Of a DNA stretch of 64,000 nt, positions 55,918-63,540 are shown piece after piece. Source of the stretch: Bacilli bacterium. Lineage in GTDB: Bacteria; Bacillota_I; Bacilli_A; RF39; UBA660. Below the pieces are notes generated by a model. It saw nothing but the letters and a program-made list of their open reading frames with translations, was not told the DNA's origin and searched no databases. Positions within the stretch are counted from its first letter, which is position 1; each line of letters begins with the position of its first letter. The DNA lies in assembly GCA_900769695.1 (NCBI GenBank), contig CAAGHO010000049.1, forward strand, positions 11,347 to 75,346, read 5' to 3'. Both the position numbers and the translations under genes were made by a program.

Positions 55918-56300
55918 CCGTGGGGAATTTTTTAATCTCGCTATTACCAAAACGAAAATCCTCTCTAGCTTCGTGGGGAAAAATCATTCTCGCATATTCT
56001 GGGGAAATTTCTTACCTCTGGGAAATTTCAGAAAATTCTGAAAGATAACCCCCGAACACTTGTTCGATTATGAATTGTTCCAAACAATTTGACAATTCAG
56101 TTCAAATTTCCAGAAAATCATTCAAAATTGAACATTGTCTTTCGTTCACCGGAAAAATCTCTTGCAACAAGCCGGATAATCTATAACCGGATAATCTGCC
56201 CGTTTTCAACTTTCCAGACCGATTAAAAACCATTTAAATCATGTTATAACACGCTACAAGCCGTTTCTAGCCGTTTTACATACTTACTTGAATAAATTAC
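55918..56300. repeat. intergenic repeat family, copy A
   Basis: Ordered motifs CCGTGGGGAA (55918), TCGTGGGGAA (55971), CTGGGGAAATTTC (55999), CTGGGAAATTTC (56018), CCCGAACACTTGTTCGATTA (56051), CCGGATAAT x2 (56172, 56187), ACGCTACAAGCC (56251). Confidence 0.65.
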
Positions 56301-56402
56301 CATTGACATGTTAAAACGTCTAATTTTAGCTTGTAGTAATTCATACCATTCTAATAGGTTTATTCTGGACAACTACAATCTTTTCTGTATTTGATTTTTC
56401 TA

Positions 56403-56454
56403 AAATAAAAAATAGGCATAAACACAAGAAATTTTATTCCTATGCTTATGCCTA
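56403..56454 (-). terminator. intrinsic terminator (long loop)
   Basis: - strand TAGGCATAA-24 nt-TTATGCCTA then TTTTTTATTT. Confidence 0.45.
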
Positions 56455-56523
56455 TGCTTTATTTGCTTTATATCGGCTCTATATGCAATTGTAAACCTTG
56501 TTACAGCCTTTTAATACTTCCAG

Positions 56524-56643
56524 TCAATAAAGACTTAACCACTGTTTAAAGCTGTATGCTATCTTATACTGCTTTCTATCTTTATTATACAATAAATGCA
56601 ATGCTACAGTATCAAGTTGTCTGTAGTCCTTTGTAAAATACAT
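56524..56643 (-). CDS. possible 39-aa protein (below the track cut-off)
   Basis: MYFTKDYRQLDTVALHLLYNKDRKQYKIAYSFKQWLSLY; has its own promoter (56677-56705), GAGGGAAG RBS and terminator. Confidence 0.4.
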   Translation of the reverse strand: MYFTKDYRQLDTVALHLLYNKDRKQYKIAYSFKQWLSLY

Positions 56644-56676
56644 CTTTTCACTTCCCTCTTTTTTATAATTATATAA

Positions 56677-56705
56677 AGTATAACAAATTTATATATAAAA
56701 GTCAA
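56677..56705 (-). promoter_or_regulatory. sigma-A-type promoter
   Basis: - strand TTGACT-17 nt-TATACT with TGt. Confidence 0.5.
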
Positions 56706-56844
56706 TGGAATATCATAAATAAATGTTTAGAATAGTATAAGAAAACATTAAAATTATCAGATAATTAAAAAATTGTACGTTAGCTGTTTGCCCTATCTTC
56801 TGCTACTTCTCTGCTAGGACTCCTCACATCTTTTGTATGGTTTA

Positions 56845-56873
56845 ATTATACCAGACTATCATAATTTTGTCAA
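56845..56873 (-). promoter_or_regulatory. sigma-A-type promoter followed by about 140 nt without an ORF
   Basis: - strand TTGACA-17 nt-TATAAT with TGg. Confidence 0.55.
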
Positions 56874-56892
56874 TAGTTTTATAATATTTTTC

Positions 56893-56923
56893 AAAAAAAT
56901 AAAAGGACTTTTTCAAGTCCTTT
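56893..56923 (-). terminator. intrinsic terminator
   Basis: - strand AAAGGACT-6 nt-AGTCCTTT then TATTTTTTT. Confidence 0.65.
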
Positions 56924-56934
56924 TATCCTATTCA

Positions 56935-57357
56935 TTATTCAATTCCCATGATATATTTTACTGCTTTTTCAGCTTTTCCAGAAGCGGGAACAATAAACTT
57001 ACTATCATTTTTCAAAACCTGTAACCAACTCTGAATATAAGCAGTTGAATTTTCAAATGTATCTGGTGTTTCAATTCCTAACTCATTCAAAATCATTGCT
57101 GAACCAATTTCCGCAACTAATTCTTCTTTGCTGTATTTTTCACTTCCAAACTTTGCATTAACCAACCTATCAAGTCTTTTCTTATGTCCAGTGCTATGTA
57201 TCATTTCATGAAAAGCTGTACTATAATATTCATTAATTTTTTCAAACTGTTCTTTACACGGAATGCAAATATAATCCCCACTAGGACTATAAAACGCTTT
57301 ATTTCCAACTTCTTCTATGATCTGGATATTTTCACGAACACTATAACCATTTTTCAC
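56935..57357 (-). CDS. ardC: ArdC-like antirestriction protein, C-terminal metalloprotease domain (separate ORF)
   Basis: ..AFYSPSGDYICIPCKEQF..YYSTAFHEMIHSTGHKKRLDR..FGSEKYSKEELVAEIGSAMI.. (HExxH zincin); GTG start; frame open upstream to 57459. Confidence 0.65.
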   Translation of the reverse strand: MKNGYSVRENIQIIEEVGNKAFYSPSGDYICIPCKEQFEKINEYYSTAFHEMIHSTGHKKRLDRLVNAKFGSEKYSKEELVAEIGSAMILNELGIETPDTFENSTAYIQSWLQVLKNDSKFIVPASGKAEKAVKYIMGIE

Positions 57358-57421
57358 TTTTTCGGCTTCCTCTATTGGTTCATTATAAATAGTTTCTATT
57401 GTTTCTAAAGGTTTAACTCCT

Positions 57422-57772
57422 TCAACTTGTTTGTGAAATATGAAAAATATTGTAATACTTTAACATTGGAATTGTTTTTGTAATGGTAGTACCATCTTTT
57501 TCTTCTTCCTCTACTAACATTTTCCAAAATACTACAAATTCAGACTTTGCTCCTTTTTTAATCTTTCCGCCCATTTCTTGCCATTGTTTAAATGTGGCAT
57601 ATTCTCCTTCATGCTTTAACATAAGCTGATTAAGTAAGCTATACGGCTTTTTGCTTACTCTGTTATAAGCACCATTAGAAATGCTTTTCCATGGCTTTTT
57701 CCATGGAATAACTCCTTTTTCTAATTCTTCAATAATTCTATCTGTTACCATTTCATATACATTTTTTGCCAT
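57422..57772 (-). CDS. ardC: ArdC-like antirestriction protein, N-terminal ssDNA-binding domain (separate ORF)
   Basis: ..IIEELEKGVIPWKKPW..GAYNRVSKKPYSLLNQLML..ATFKQWQEMGGKIKKGAKSEFVVFW..LKYYNIFHISQ matches the ArdC N-domain (DUF1738) layout. Confidence 0.65.
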   Translation of the reverse strand: MAKNVYEMVTDRIIEELEKGVIPWKKPWKSISNGAYNRVSKKPYSLLNQLMLKHEGEYATFKQWQEMGGKIKKGAKSEFVVFWKMLVEEEEKDGTTITKTIPMLKYYNIFHISQTS

Positions 57773-57821
57773 GATTTTATTCTCCTTTGTTCTGTAATTG
57801 GTTTATTAATACTATGGTTTA

Positions 57822-57850
57822 AGTATACTATTGTTATATTAAAATGTCAA
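57822..57850 (-). promoter_or_regulatory. sigma-A-type promoter (ardC)
   Basis: - strand TTGACA-17 nt-TATACT. Confidence 0.5.
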
Positions 57851-57860
57851 TAGAAAATAT

Positions 57861-57890
57861 TAAAAAAACAAGGATTTTTTATATCCTTGT
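57861..57890 (-). terminator. intrinsic terminator
   Basis: - strand ACAAGGAT-7 nt-ATCCTTGT then TTTTTTT. Confidence 0.7.
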
Positions 57891-57900
57891 TTTAATAATT

Positions 57901-58368
57901 TTATATAAATTTTTCTTCTTTTAAAGATAAATATTTATTTTCTGCAATAATAATATGGTCTAATAATTCTATTCCTAAAATTTCACCAGCTTGTTTTAAT
58001 CTATTTGTTACATTTATATCTTCTTTACTTGGAGTTGTTTCGCCACTTGGATGGTTATGTGCCAATATAAAATATACAGCACCACATAAACAAAGTCTTA
58101 TAAATATTTCCCTTGGATTTACTACAGAATAATTTACAGTACCATGGCTTACTTCAAATATTCCTTTGCAATTCATTTTTGTATCTAAGGCTAATAAATA
58201 AACAAATTCTTCTGTTTGTTTATTGGCATTAAAAACATAATTAAGCATTTTTGCAATTTTTTCTGGACTGTTTAAAGTCTGTACTTCTGTTATATTTTTA
58301 ATAAAATCCTTTACTAAAACGTTTGTTCTACTTTCATCAAACTGTAAACTATATTTTGTTATTCTCAT
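57901..58368 (-). CDS. radC: RadC-like JAB/MPN domain protein
   Basis: ..YFILAHNHPSGETTPSKEDINVTNRLKQAGEILGIELLDHIII.. is the RadC JAB signature (HxHPSG..PS..D). Confidence 0.8.
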   Translation of the reverse strand: MRITKYSLQFDESRTNVLVKDFIKNITEVQTLNSPEKIAKMLNYVFNANKQTEEFVYLLALDTKMNCKGIFEVSHGTVNYSVVNPREIFIRLCLCGAVYFILAHNHPSGETTPSKEDINVTNRLKQAGEILGIELLDHIIIAENKYLSLKEEKFI

Positions 58369-58411
58369 AATAAACCCTCCGTTATCATTTGTGTTATTTA
58401 ACTATAGTTTA

Positions 58412-58439
58412 ATTATACCACTTTTCCCCAACAAGTCAA
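58412..58439 (-). promoter_or_regulatory. sigma-A-type promoter (radC, proximal)
   Basis: - strand TTGACT-16 nt-TATAAT with TGg. Confidence 0.5.
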
Positions 58440-58579
58440 GTATTATTTTAAAATTAAATTGTATTACTTTTCTATAAAATCCTTTAAATATTCTGACATT
58501 TAAAAAATTGCATCTTCCATGTTTTTCCTATATCCGGACTAGGACTCTCCACCACAATTATTCTTTTTTAACTATCTTA

Positions 58580-58608
58580 ATTATAATACTTTTTATATAC
58601 TTTGTCAA
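58580..58608 (-). promoter_or_regulatory. sigma-A-type promoter (distal, followed by about 140 nt without an ORF)
   Basis: - strand TTGACA-17 nt-TATAAT. Confidence 0.5.
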
Positions 58609-58683
58609 TATTTATTTTAAAAAAATATAATGATTTTTATTATGCTTTTTATAATATTATCAATAATTGGATAACATACAAAC

Positions 58684-58790
58684 ATCCGGAATAAAACACA
58701 TAAATCAATTATCAGGATACAGCTACAACGCACTACAAGCCATTACAAGCAATTCTAGCACGTTACTTGATACATTTATCACCTAAAGTA
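58684..58790. repeat. intergenic repeat family, copy B (right-hand part only)
   Basis: TCCGGAATAA, AGCTACAACGCACTACAAGCC, TTCTAGCACGTTACTTGA in the same order as the right parts of copies A and C. Confidence 0.55.
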
Positions 58791-58821
58791 TAATTGCTGT
58801 TATTTTAGTTTGTATTAAATC

Positions 58822-58854
58822 AAAAAAAGAAAAGCAAGCGTTACGCCTGCTTTC
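58822..58854 (-). terminator. intrinsic terminator
   Basis: - strand GAAAGCAGGCG-tta loop-CGCTTGCTTTTC (one mismatch) then TTTTTTT. Confidence 0.6.
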
Positions 58855-58928
58855 TTCTCCCATAATCTTTATTGATTTTTCGCTTTTCTCTATTTGCTAA
58901 TTTTGTTCTTATCCTTTGCATATCCCTA

Positions 58929-59120
58929 TCATTTTCCAACTTTCCTATAAGTCTGGCAAACTTCACTAGGAAATTTATAAAAATCTTTCATTGCTTTATA
59001 TCTGGATTTTGCATTGCTGTTTTTGCCCAGAGAATTATTATAGATTTCCTCTGAAATTACTTTCTTCAATTCCTCAATTTCGCCGTTATTTAACATTTCC
59101 AGAATCTTTTCGTTTTTCAT
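58929..59120 (-). CDS. hypothetical protein
   Basis: ATG 59120 after AAAGGAG (track ORF starts 59141); 63 aa. Confidence 0.5.
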   Translation of the reverse strand: MKNEKILEMLNNGEIEELKKVISEEIYNNSLGKNSNAKSRYKAMKDFYKFPSEVCQTYRKVGK

Positions 59121-59175
59121 TTTTTGTTTTCTCCTTTTCAACTGTTTTCTTTAGTGGCTTAAATCTTATGGTTAT

Positions 59176-59204
59176 AATATACCACTGATTTATAGTTTTG
59201 TCAA
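59176..59204 (-). promoter_or_regulatory. sigma-A-type promoter bracketed by a 14-bp inverted repeat
   Basis: - strand TTGACA-17 nt-TATATT with TGg; IR arms 59171-59184 and 59205-59218. Confidence 0.55.
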
Positions 59205-59227
59205 TGGTATATTATAACTTTTTTTGA

Positions 59228-59410
59228 TTATTTTTCAAACCTTGCTATTAACTTATCATAATCATAAACAGTAATATATTTATCTGGAATACTAGCAATA
59301 CATATATGTTTTACTGCTCTAATGTGATTTATAACATCTTTGCAACGTTTAAATTTATTAGTGCTAAAAAGATAATTACCATTTAAAAAAACATTAATTT
59401 TTCTGTACAT
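59228..59410 (-). CDS. hypothetical protein
   Basis: 60-aa ORF, RBS AAGGAGG. Confidence 0.5.
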   Translation of the reverse strand: MYRKINVFLNGNYLFSTNKFKRCKDVINHIRAVKHICIASIPDKYITVYDYDKLIARFEK

Positions 59411-59423
59411 GAATTTCCTCCTT

Positions 59424-59699
59424 TTACTCTTCTACTGGCACAACTTTAATGATAAAATCGTCATAAATATTGATTGTATCATTATCGTGCATTGTAACCT
59501 TGTAATCATCACCAACTACAGCATAGTAATGATCGTATTCCCACAAGTTGCCGTCTGCATCCTTAAAGGTTGATACAATATCATTACCTTCACAGGAAAT
59601 ACAAGTCATTACTTCTGTTCTGTTTGCAAGTGTACAGCAATAAGCAAACATTCCAATAAATCCTGCCGTTCCTAAAACTGTTAATAAAATCTTTCTCAT
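59424..59699 (-). CDS. small secreted or membrane-anchored protein
   Basis: ATG 59699 after AAAGGAG; MRKILLTVLGTAGFIGMFAYCC.. signal-anchor, then acidic beta-rich domain. Confidence 0.5.
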   Translation of the reverse strand: MRKILLTVLGTAGFIGMFAYCCTLANRTEVMTCISCEGNDIVSTFKDADGNLWEYDHYYAVVGDDYKVTMHDNDTINIYDDFIIKVVPVEE

Positions 59700-59735
59700 G
59701 TCTTTGTTCTCCTTTGTTGTAATTTCTATGGTTAT

Positions 59736-59764
59736 AATATACCATATAATCATATAAAAGTCAA
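59736..59764 (-). promoter_or_regulatory. sigma-A-type promoter
   Basis: - strand TTGACT-17 nt-TATATT with TGg, then ATAACCAT. Confidence 0.55.
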
Positions 59765-59796
59765 TAGTTTATTTAAACTTTTTATATTTTTTGCAA

Positions 59797-59826
59797 TAAA
59801 AAAGAACGTGCTTTTATCACGTTCTT
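59797..59826 (-). terminator. intrinsic terminator
   Basis: - strand AAGAACGTG-7 nt-CACGTTCTT then TTTTAT. Confidence 0.65.
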
Positions 59827-59837
59827 TTCAATCTTAA

Positions 59838-61127
59838 CTAAAACACTTCTGTTTCTGTTTCTGTATAATCTACTTCAAATGTTTTCTGATCTGTAGCTTC
59901 TTCTGTCTGCACCTCTGTTTTGTTTTCCTCTGTCTGTACTTCTTCATCTGGCTTGCTTAATTCGTCAATATCAACATACTCTGCCACGTTTTCAGCTTCT
60001 TCCATTTCTTCTGTAAAATCTTCTGCATCTTCGCTGTATACGTTTTCAGTTTCTCCGTTGAAAAATTTTTCATATTCATTCATAAGTGCATTATGCCTTA
60101 ATCTAATTTTCATTCTACTTGCAGAACTATCAAAAAAGTTATTATTGAATGTTTCGCTGATAGTCGGCTCTTTTGCGTTCTTACCACTAAAGAATTTATC
60201 AAGAAAACTTGCAAATTCTTCTGCAATTTTTCCGTCATTCATTGCCTGTTCTGCAACAGGAATTAAAGATAAAAATGTTGTCTTGCCAACAATTCTTTTT
60301 TTAACTTTCTTACTTTCCAGAACGTTGTAAGTTTCTAAAATATAATCAAAAATACTATTTAACTCCTTTTTATCCGCTTCTGTAATATCAATAGATTTCA
60401 TTAACGGTTTAACGTCCTTATTGAGCAGTGACGGATTATCATTATTTAACATAATATAAGATTTTACAACGGTATCAAATGCGTTATTATCTAACGTTTT
60501 TTCGCTAAACATCAGCTTAAAAATATCATGGTTCGCAATATCAATGATTTCACCTCTTGACTTTGCTTCTGCTCTGTTTCTTTCCGCTGTGGTTAATGCT
60601 TTTCCGTTGTTTAGCTTAAGGAAAATCATGTCTGCTTCTGCATCCGTTGCATTATCAATGTAATAAACAGTGATAGAACGTGTTAAGAAGTCTAGTTTTT
60701 CATCTTCTGTTAAATCTTCAAACCCTATACCGTTAGGACTTACAAGTTCTCCGTTGCGCTCAATTCTGTAATCAAGTTTATCCCCTTCTTCATACTCTGG
60801 AATACCAGAAGTTTTGAATTCATTATTAATATATCTCATAATTGTTGTACAACGCTGTTTTCCATCACGCATTTCAAAAACGTATTTTACTTTTTTTACT
60901 TCTTTAATGATTTCTCCGCACTGTTCAACTTCTTTCTCTACAATCCGTCTTACATACAGGCAAGGAATAAGATCTCCTCTAAGTCCAGAATGTACAAACA
61001 AGGATTGTCTAGCTTTATCCCAAACAAAACCTCTCTGCGCTCCGCCACACTTAAAATTAATAGTTCCTTTTTTCATTTCCTCTGCAACTTTCTTAAAAGA
61101 CCACTGTGTATTTGTGATAGTATACAT
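59838..61127 (-). CDS. DUF262 (ParB/GmrSD-N-like) domain protein with acidic C-terminal tail
   Basis: ..FKCGGAQRGFVWDKARQSLFVHS.. and ..EMRDGKQRCTTIMRYI.. (DGQQR-type motif), ..FLKLNNGKALTTAER..; ATG 61127 after AAAGGAG. Confidence 0.6.
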   Translation of the reverse strand: MYTITNTQWSFKKVAEEMKKGTINFKCGGAQRGFVWDKARQSLFVHSGLRGDLIPCLYVRRIVEKEVEQCGEIIKEVKKVKYVFEMRDGKQRCTTIMRYINNEFKTSGIPEYEEGDKLDYRIERNGELVSPNGIGFEDLTEDEKLDFLTRSITVYYIDNATDAEADMIFLKLNNGKALTTAERNRAEAKSRGEIIDIANHDIFKLMFSEKTLDNNAFDTVVKSYIMLNNDNPSLLNKDVKPLMKSIDITEADKKELNSIFDYILETYNVLESKKVKKRIVGKTTFLSLIPVAEQAMNDGKIAEEFASFLDKFFSGKNAKEPTISETFNNNFFDSSASRMKIRLRHNALMNEYEKFFNGETENVYSEDAEDFTEEMEEAENVAEYVDIDELSKPDEEVQTEENKTEVQTEEATDQKTFEVDYTETETEVF

Positions 61128-61173
61128 AATTTTCTCCTTTTCTACAAATGTTTTTTCTTTGTTTCTGTAATAG

Positions 61174-61202
61174 ATTATATAGCATTTTTTATTATTTGTC
61201 AA
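61174..61202 (-). promoter_or_regulatory. sigma-A-type promoter (DUF262 gene)
   Basis: - strand TTGACA-17 nt-TATAAT. Confidence 0.5.
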
Positions 61203-61497
61203 GCATTATTACAGTAAAAATATTATTTTTTGTTTTAATTTCTTTCTGTTTTTTAAACTTGACTTCTTCTTCCAGAACAATGGAAAGAAATTTGTTAAAC
61301 CATTTTGTTGTGGTTGTTGAATAATTCCAGTTTTTATGAACATAAATAATATTGTTTACAATATCTAACTTGCAAATCGTAGAATCATAACTACTAAAAA
61401 AATAAGCTAACGTTTTATTTCCTATTGTTTTAATTTCTGTTACAATTTGATTGTTGGTAAGATTGTAACTTTTTACTGTTATATTTTTAAAATCCAT
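61192..61497 (-). CDS. hypothetical protein
   Basis: ATG 61497 (track ORF starts 61533); 101 aa. Confidence 0.5.
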   Translation of the reverse strand: MDFKNITVKSYNLTNNQIVTEIKTIGNKTLAYFFSSYDSTICKLDIVNNIIYVHKNWNYSTTTTKWFNKFLSIVLEEEVKFKKQKEIKTKNNIFTVIMLDK

Positions 61498-61542
61498 TTT
61501 TCTATTTTCCTTTTCTGATTTTTTATATATCACTATGATTTT

Positions 61543-62130
61543 TTAGCAATATGGATAACGCTCTTTTATTGTATCACGAATATTACTTTTTAACGTGCTA
61601 TAAGTATCTTCTGTTGTTTCTGTAACATTGTTTAATACTTCCATAGCGTTTTTATATGCTTCTCTAAAAGTATTATAAGCGTTATCAGCAATTTCCAGTT
61701 GCCTTTTTAAAGAAACAATATATTTTTCAAGGTAATCAATTCTATCATTTACAGCCTGTTTAATATCCTCTAAATCATAAACATAAACATCGTTAAAAGT
61801 ATTTTTTTCTCTTTTATCAATAAATTTGTTATTATCCATGTATTTTACATATTTATATAAAAACAATTCATCATTACAATATCCAGATAATTTAGTGTTA
61901 AAACAAACTTTTAAAGTTGGATTTAATACTTTACCTTTATATCCTTGCTCTAAGTAAGTGCTACCAAAATAAGTAGCGTTTTCAAAATTCTTACTCATTA
62001 TTGAAAAAGGTTCGCCGTTTTTCTTTGTTGGGAATTTTACACTTTCCCATTCTTTTTTCATACACTGGTACCTATCAATTTCTTTTTCAATGCTTTTTTT
62101 AACTCCGTCCAGATTGTAACAATTTGCCAT
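61543..62130 (-). CDS. hypothetical protein
   Basis: 195-aa ORF with RBS. Confidence 0.55.
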   Translation of the reverse strand: MANCYNLDGVKKSIEKEIDRYQCMKKEWESVKFPTKKNGEPFSIMSKNFENATYFGSTYLEQGYKGKVLNPTLKVCFNTKLSGYCNDELFLYKYVKYMDNNKFIDKREKNTFNDVYVYDLEDIKQAVNDRIDYLEKYIVSLKRQLEIADNAYNTFREAYKNAMEVLNNVTETTEDTYSTLKSNIRDTIKERYPYC

Positions 62131-62198
62131 AATTCATTCTCCTTTTCTTTTTGTTATCTTTGGTTTTGATATAACTATGTTATGTTTAACATGGTTAT

Positions 62199-62227
62199 AA
62201 TATACCACATATATATAAATAAGTCAA
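62199..62227 (-). promoter_or_regulatory. sigma-A-type promoter
   Basis: - strand TTGACT-17 nt-TATATT with TGg, then ATAACCAT. Confidence 0.55.
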
Positions 62228-62283
62228 TACTTTTCATTATGTTTTTTATATTTTTTTGATTTATATTTTTTCTCTATCAAATA

Positions 62284-62327
62284 CAAAAAAATCAGAAGTC
62301 AAACCATGTAAATGATCCAACTTCTGA
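62284..62327 (-). terminator. intrinsic terminator
   Basis: - strand TCAGAAGT-20 nt-ACTTCTGA then TTTTTTTG. Confidence 0.55.
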
Positions 62328-62394
62328 ATTTTGGACAACATTTAATTTTTTCAAAGTCTAAAAAATAAAAAGCAATTTGAATTTTTTAATATCA

Positions 62395-62889
62395 TTAATA
62401 TCTTGTTTTTTCTTTTCCGCAAATATAATCAAATAATATCATTGCTTCTTCATAACTTATTTCATAACGATTAATTAAATCGTCAATATCTCTTTCTCTT
62501 TTTACAATTTTTTTAATTCTATCAATACATTTATCTTTATCAGTGCGATTGTATTTTTTTAAAAAATTTTTCATAGATTTTCGACTTTCATAAATTGAGT
62601 TCTTAAATTTTTCGTCAAAACCTGCAAGAATATTTTCTACCATGATTTCCAAAATATTTCTAAAACTACCGCAACTAAACTCTTTAAGCTGATTTTCCGC
62701 ACTTTCTACAGAATCAAAAATTGAAATATGATAGCAAAAATTATCATCATACTCCGCATAACAAGAAAGTCTATATGCCTTTTCCAGTTTAGCTTCTTTG
62801 TGTGGTTTAATTTCCACTTCCTCAATTAATGCTCTGTTTCCATGTTCGTCTTTCCATTCTGATACAAGCTTTCCTTCTCTTAATCTCAT
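62395..62889 (-). CDS. hypothetical protein (first gene of the leftward early region)
   Basis: ATG 62889 is 9 nt after AGGAGG (track ORF starts 62913). Confidence 0.55.
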   Translation of the reverse strand: MRLREGKLVSEWKDEHGNRALIEEVEIKPHKEAKLEKAYRLSCYAEYDDNFCYHISIFDSVESAENQLKEFSCGSFRNILEIMVENILAGFDEKFKNSIYESRKSMKNFLKKYNRTDKDKCIDRIKKIVKRERDIDDLINRYEISYEEAMILFDYICGKEKTRY

Positions 62890-62947
62890 TTTTAAAATCC
62901 TCCTATTGCTCATTTATGTTGTTTTATTGCTTTGTTGTTATGTTTAC

Positions 62948-62976
62948 ACTATACCGCTAAAGAAAAGAAAAGTCAA
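62948..62976 (-). promoter_or_regulatory. sigma-A-type promoter (outermost early promoter in the window)
   Basis: - strand TTGACT-17 nt-TATAGT. Confidence 0.5.
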
Positions 62977-63110
62977 TAGACATAATATAAAAAGATTAAA
63001 AAAATAAAATAAATGAAAGACTTCCTTATTATAAAGGAAAAGAAAAAAAATAAAAAAGAAAAGACTTTTCGTTTTTGAATTGACTTTTCAAATTTTAAAC
63101 ATATTAAAAA

Positions 63111-63540
63111 TCCGTGGGGAAAAATTAAAAAACGATATTACCCACTCTGGGGAAATTTCCCTTTTTCCACTTGTTGATTTCCGTTGCCAAAATTACCCAA
63201 ACGTCTGTTCGGATTAAATTGTATCTACAATAGACACAATTAGTCTAGACTAACAGAACGCTTGTTCACCTATTGTAAACCCGAACACTTGTTTGATTAG
63301 ATATGCCTAACTATAACTACAACTTATAATTAGTTACTACTAACCTAAAATATTTTGAGATAACACAAAAAATATTGTGATTATAGTTAGACATAACTAA
63401 TATAGTATACAATCGTTAAAAGTGTAACAACGGTATAAACCGGATATGATACCGGATAAAACAGAAAGCAAACATAAACCGGATTATACTTGCCACTAAA
63501 CCGGATAAACCGGACACGCTACAACGCCATACAAGCCCCA
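63111..63540. repeat. intergenic repeat family, copy C
   Basis: TCCGTGGGGAA (63111), CTGGGGAAATTTC (63147), CCCGAACACTTGTTTGATTA (63280) plus two degenerate copies, five CCGGAYWA sites (63440-63515), CGCTACAACGCC (63517). Confidence 0.65.

Noticed and set aside
55918-56300. Possible CRISPR array or DnaA-box cluster in the intergenic repeats
   Set aside because: The repeated motifs are 9-20 nt, of several different kinds, and irregularly spaced; there is no repeat-spacer periodicity. CCGGATAA sites read TTATCCGGT on the other strand and differ from the DnaA box TTATCCACA in the last three critical positions.
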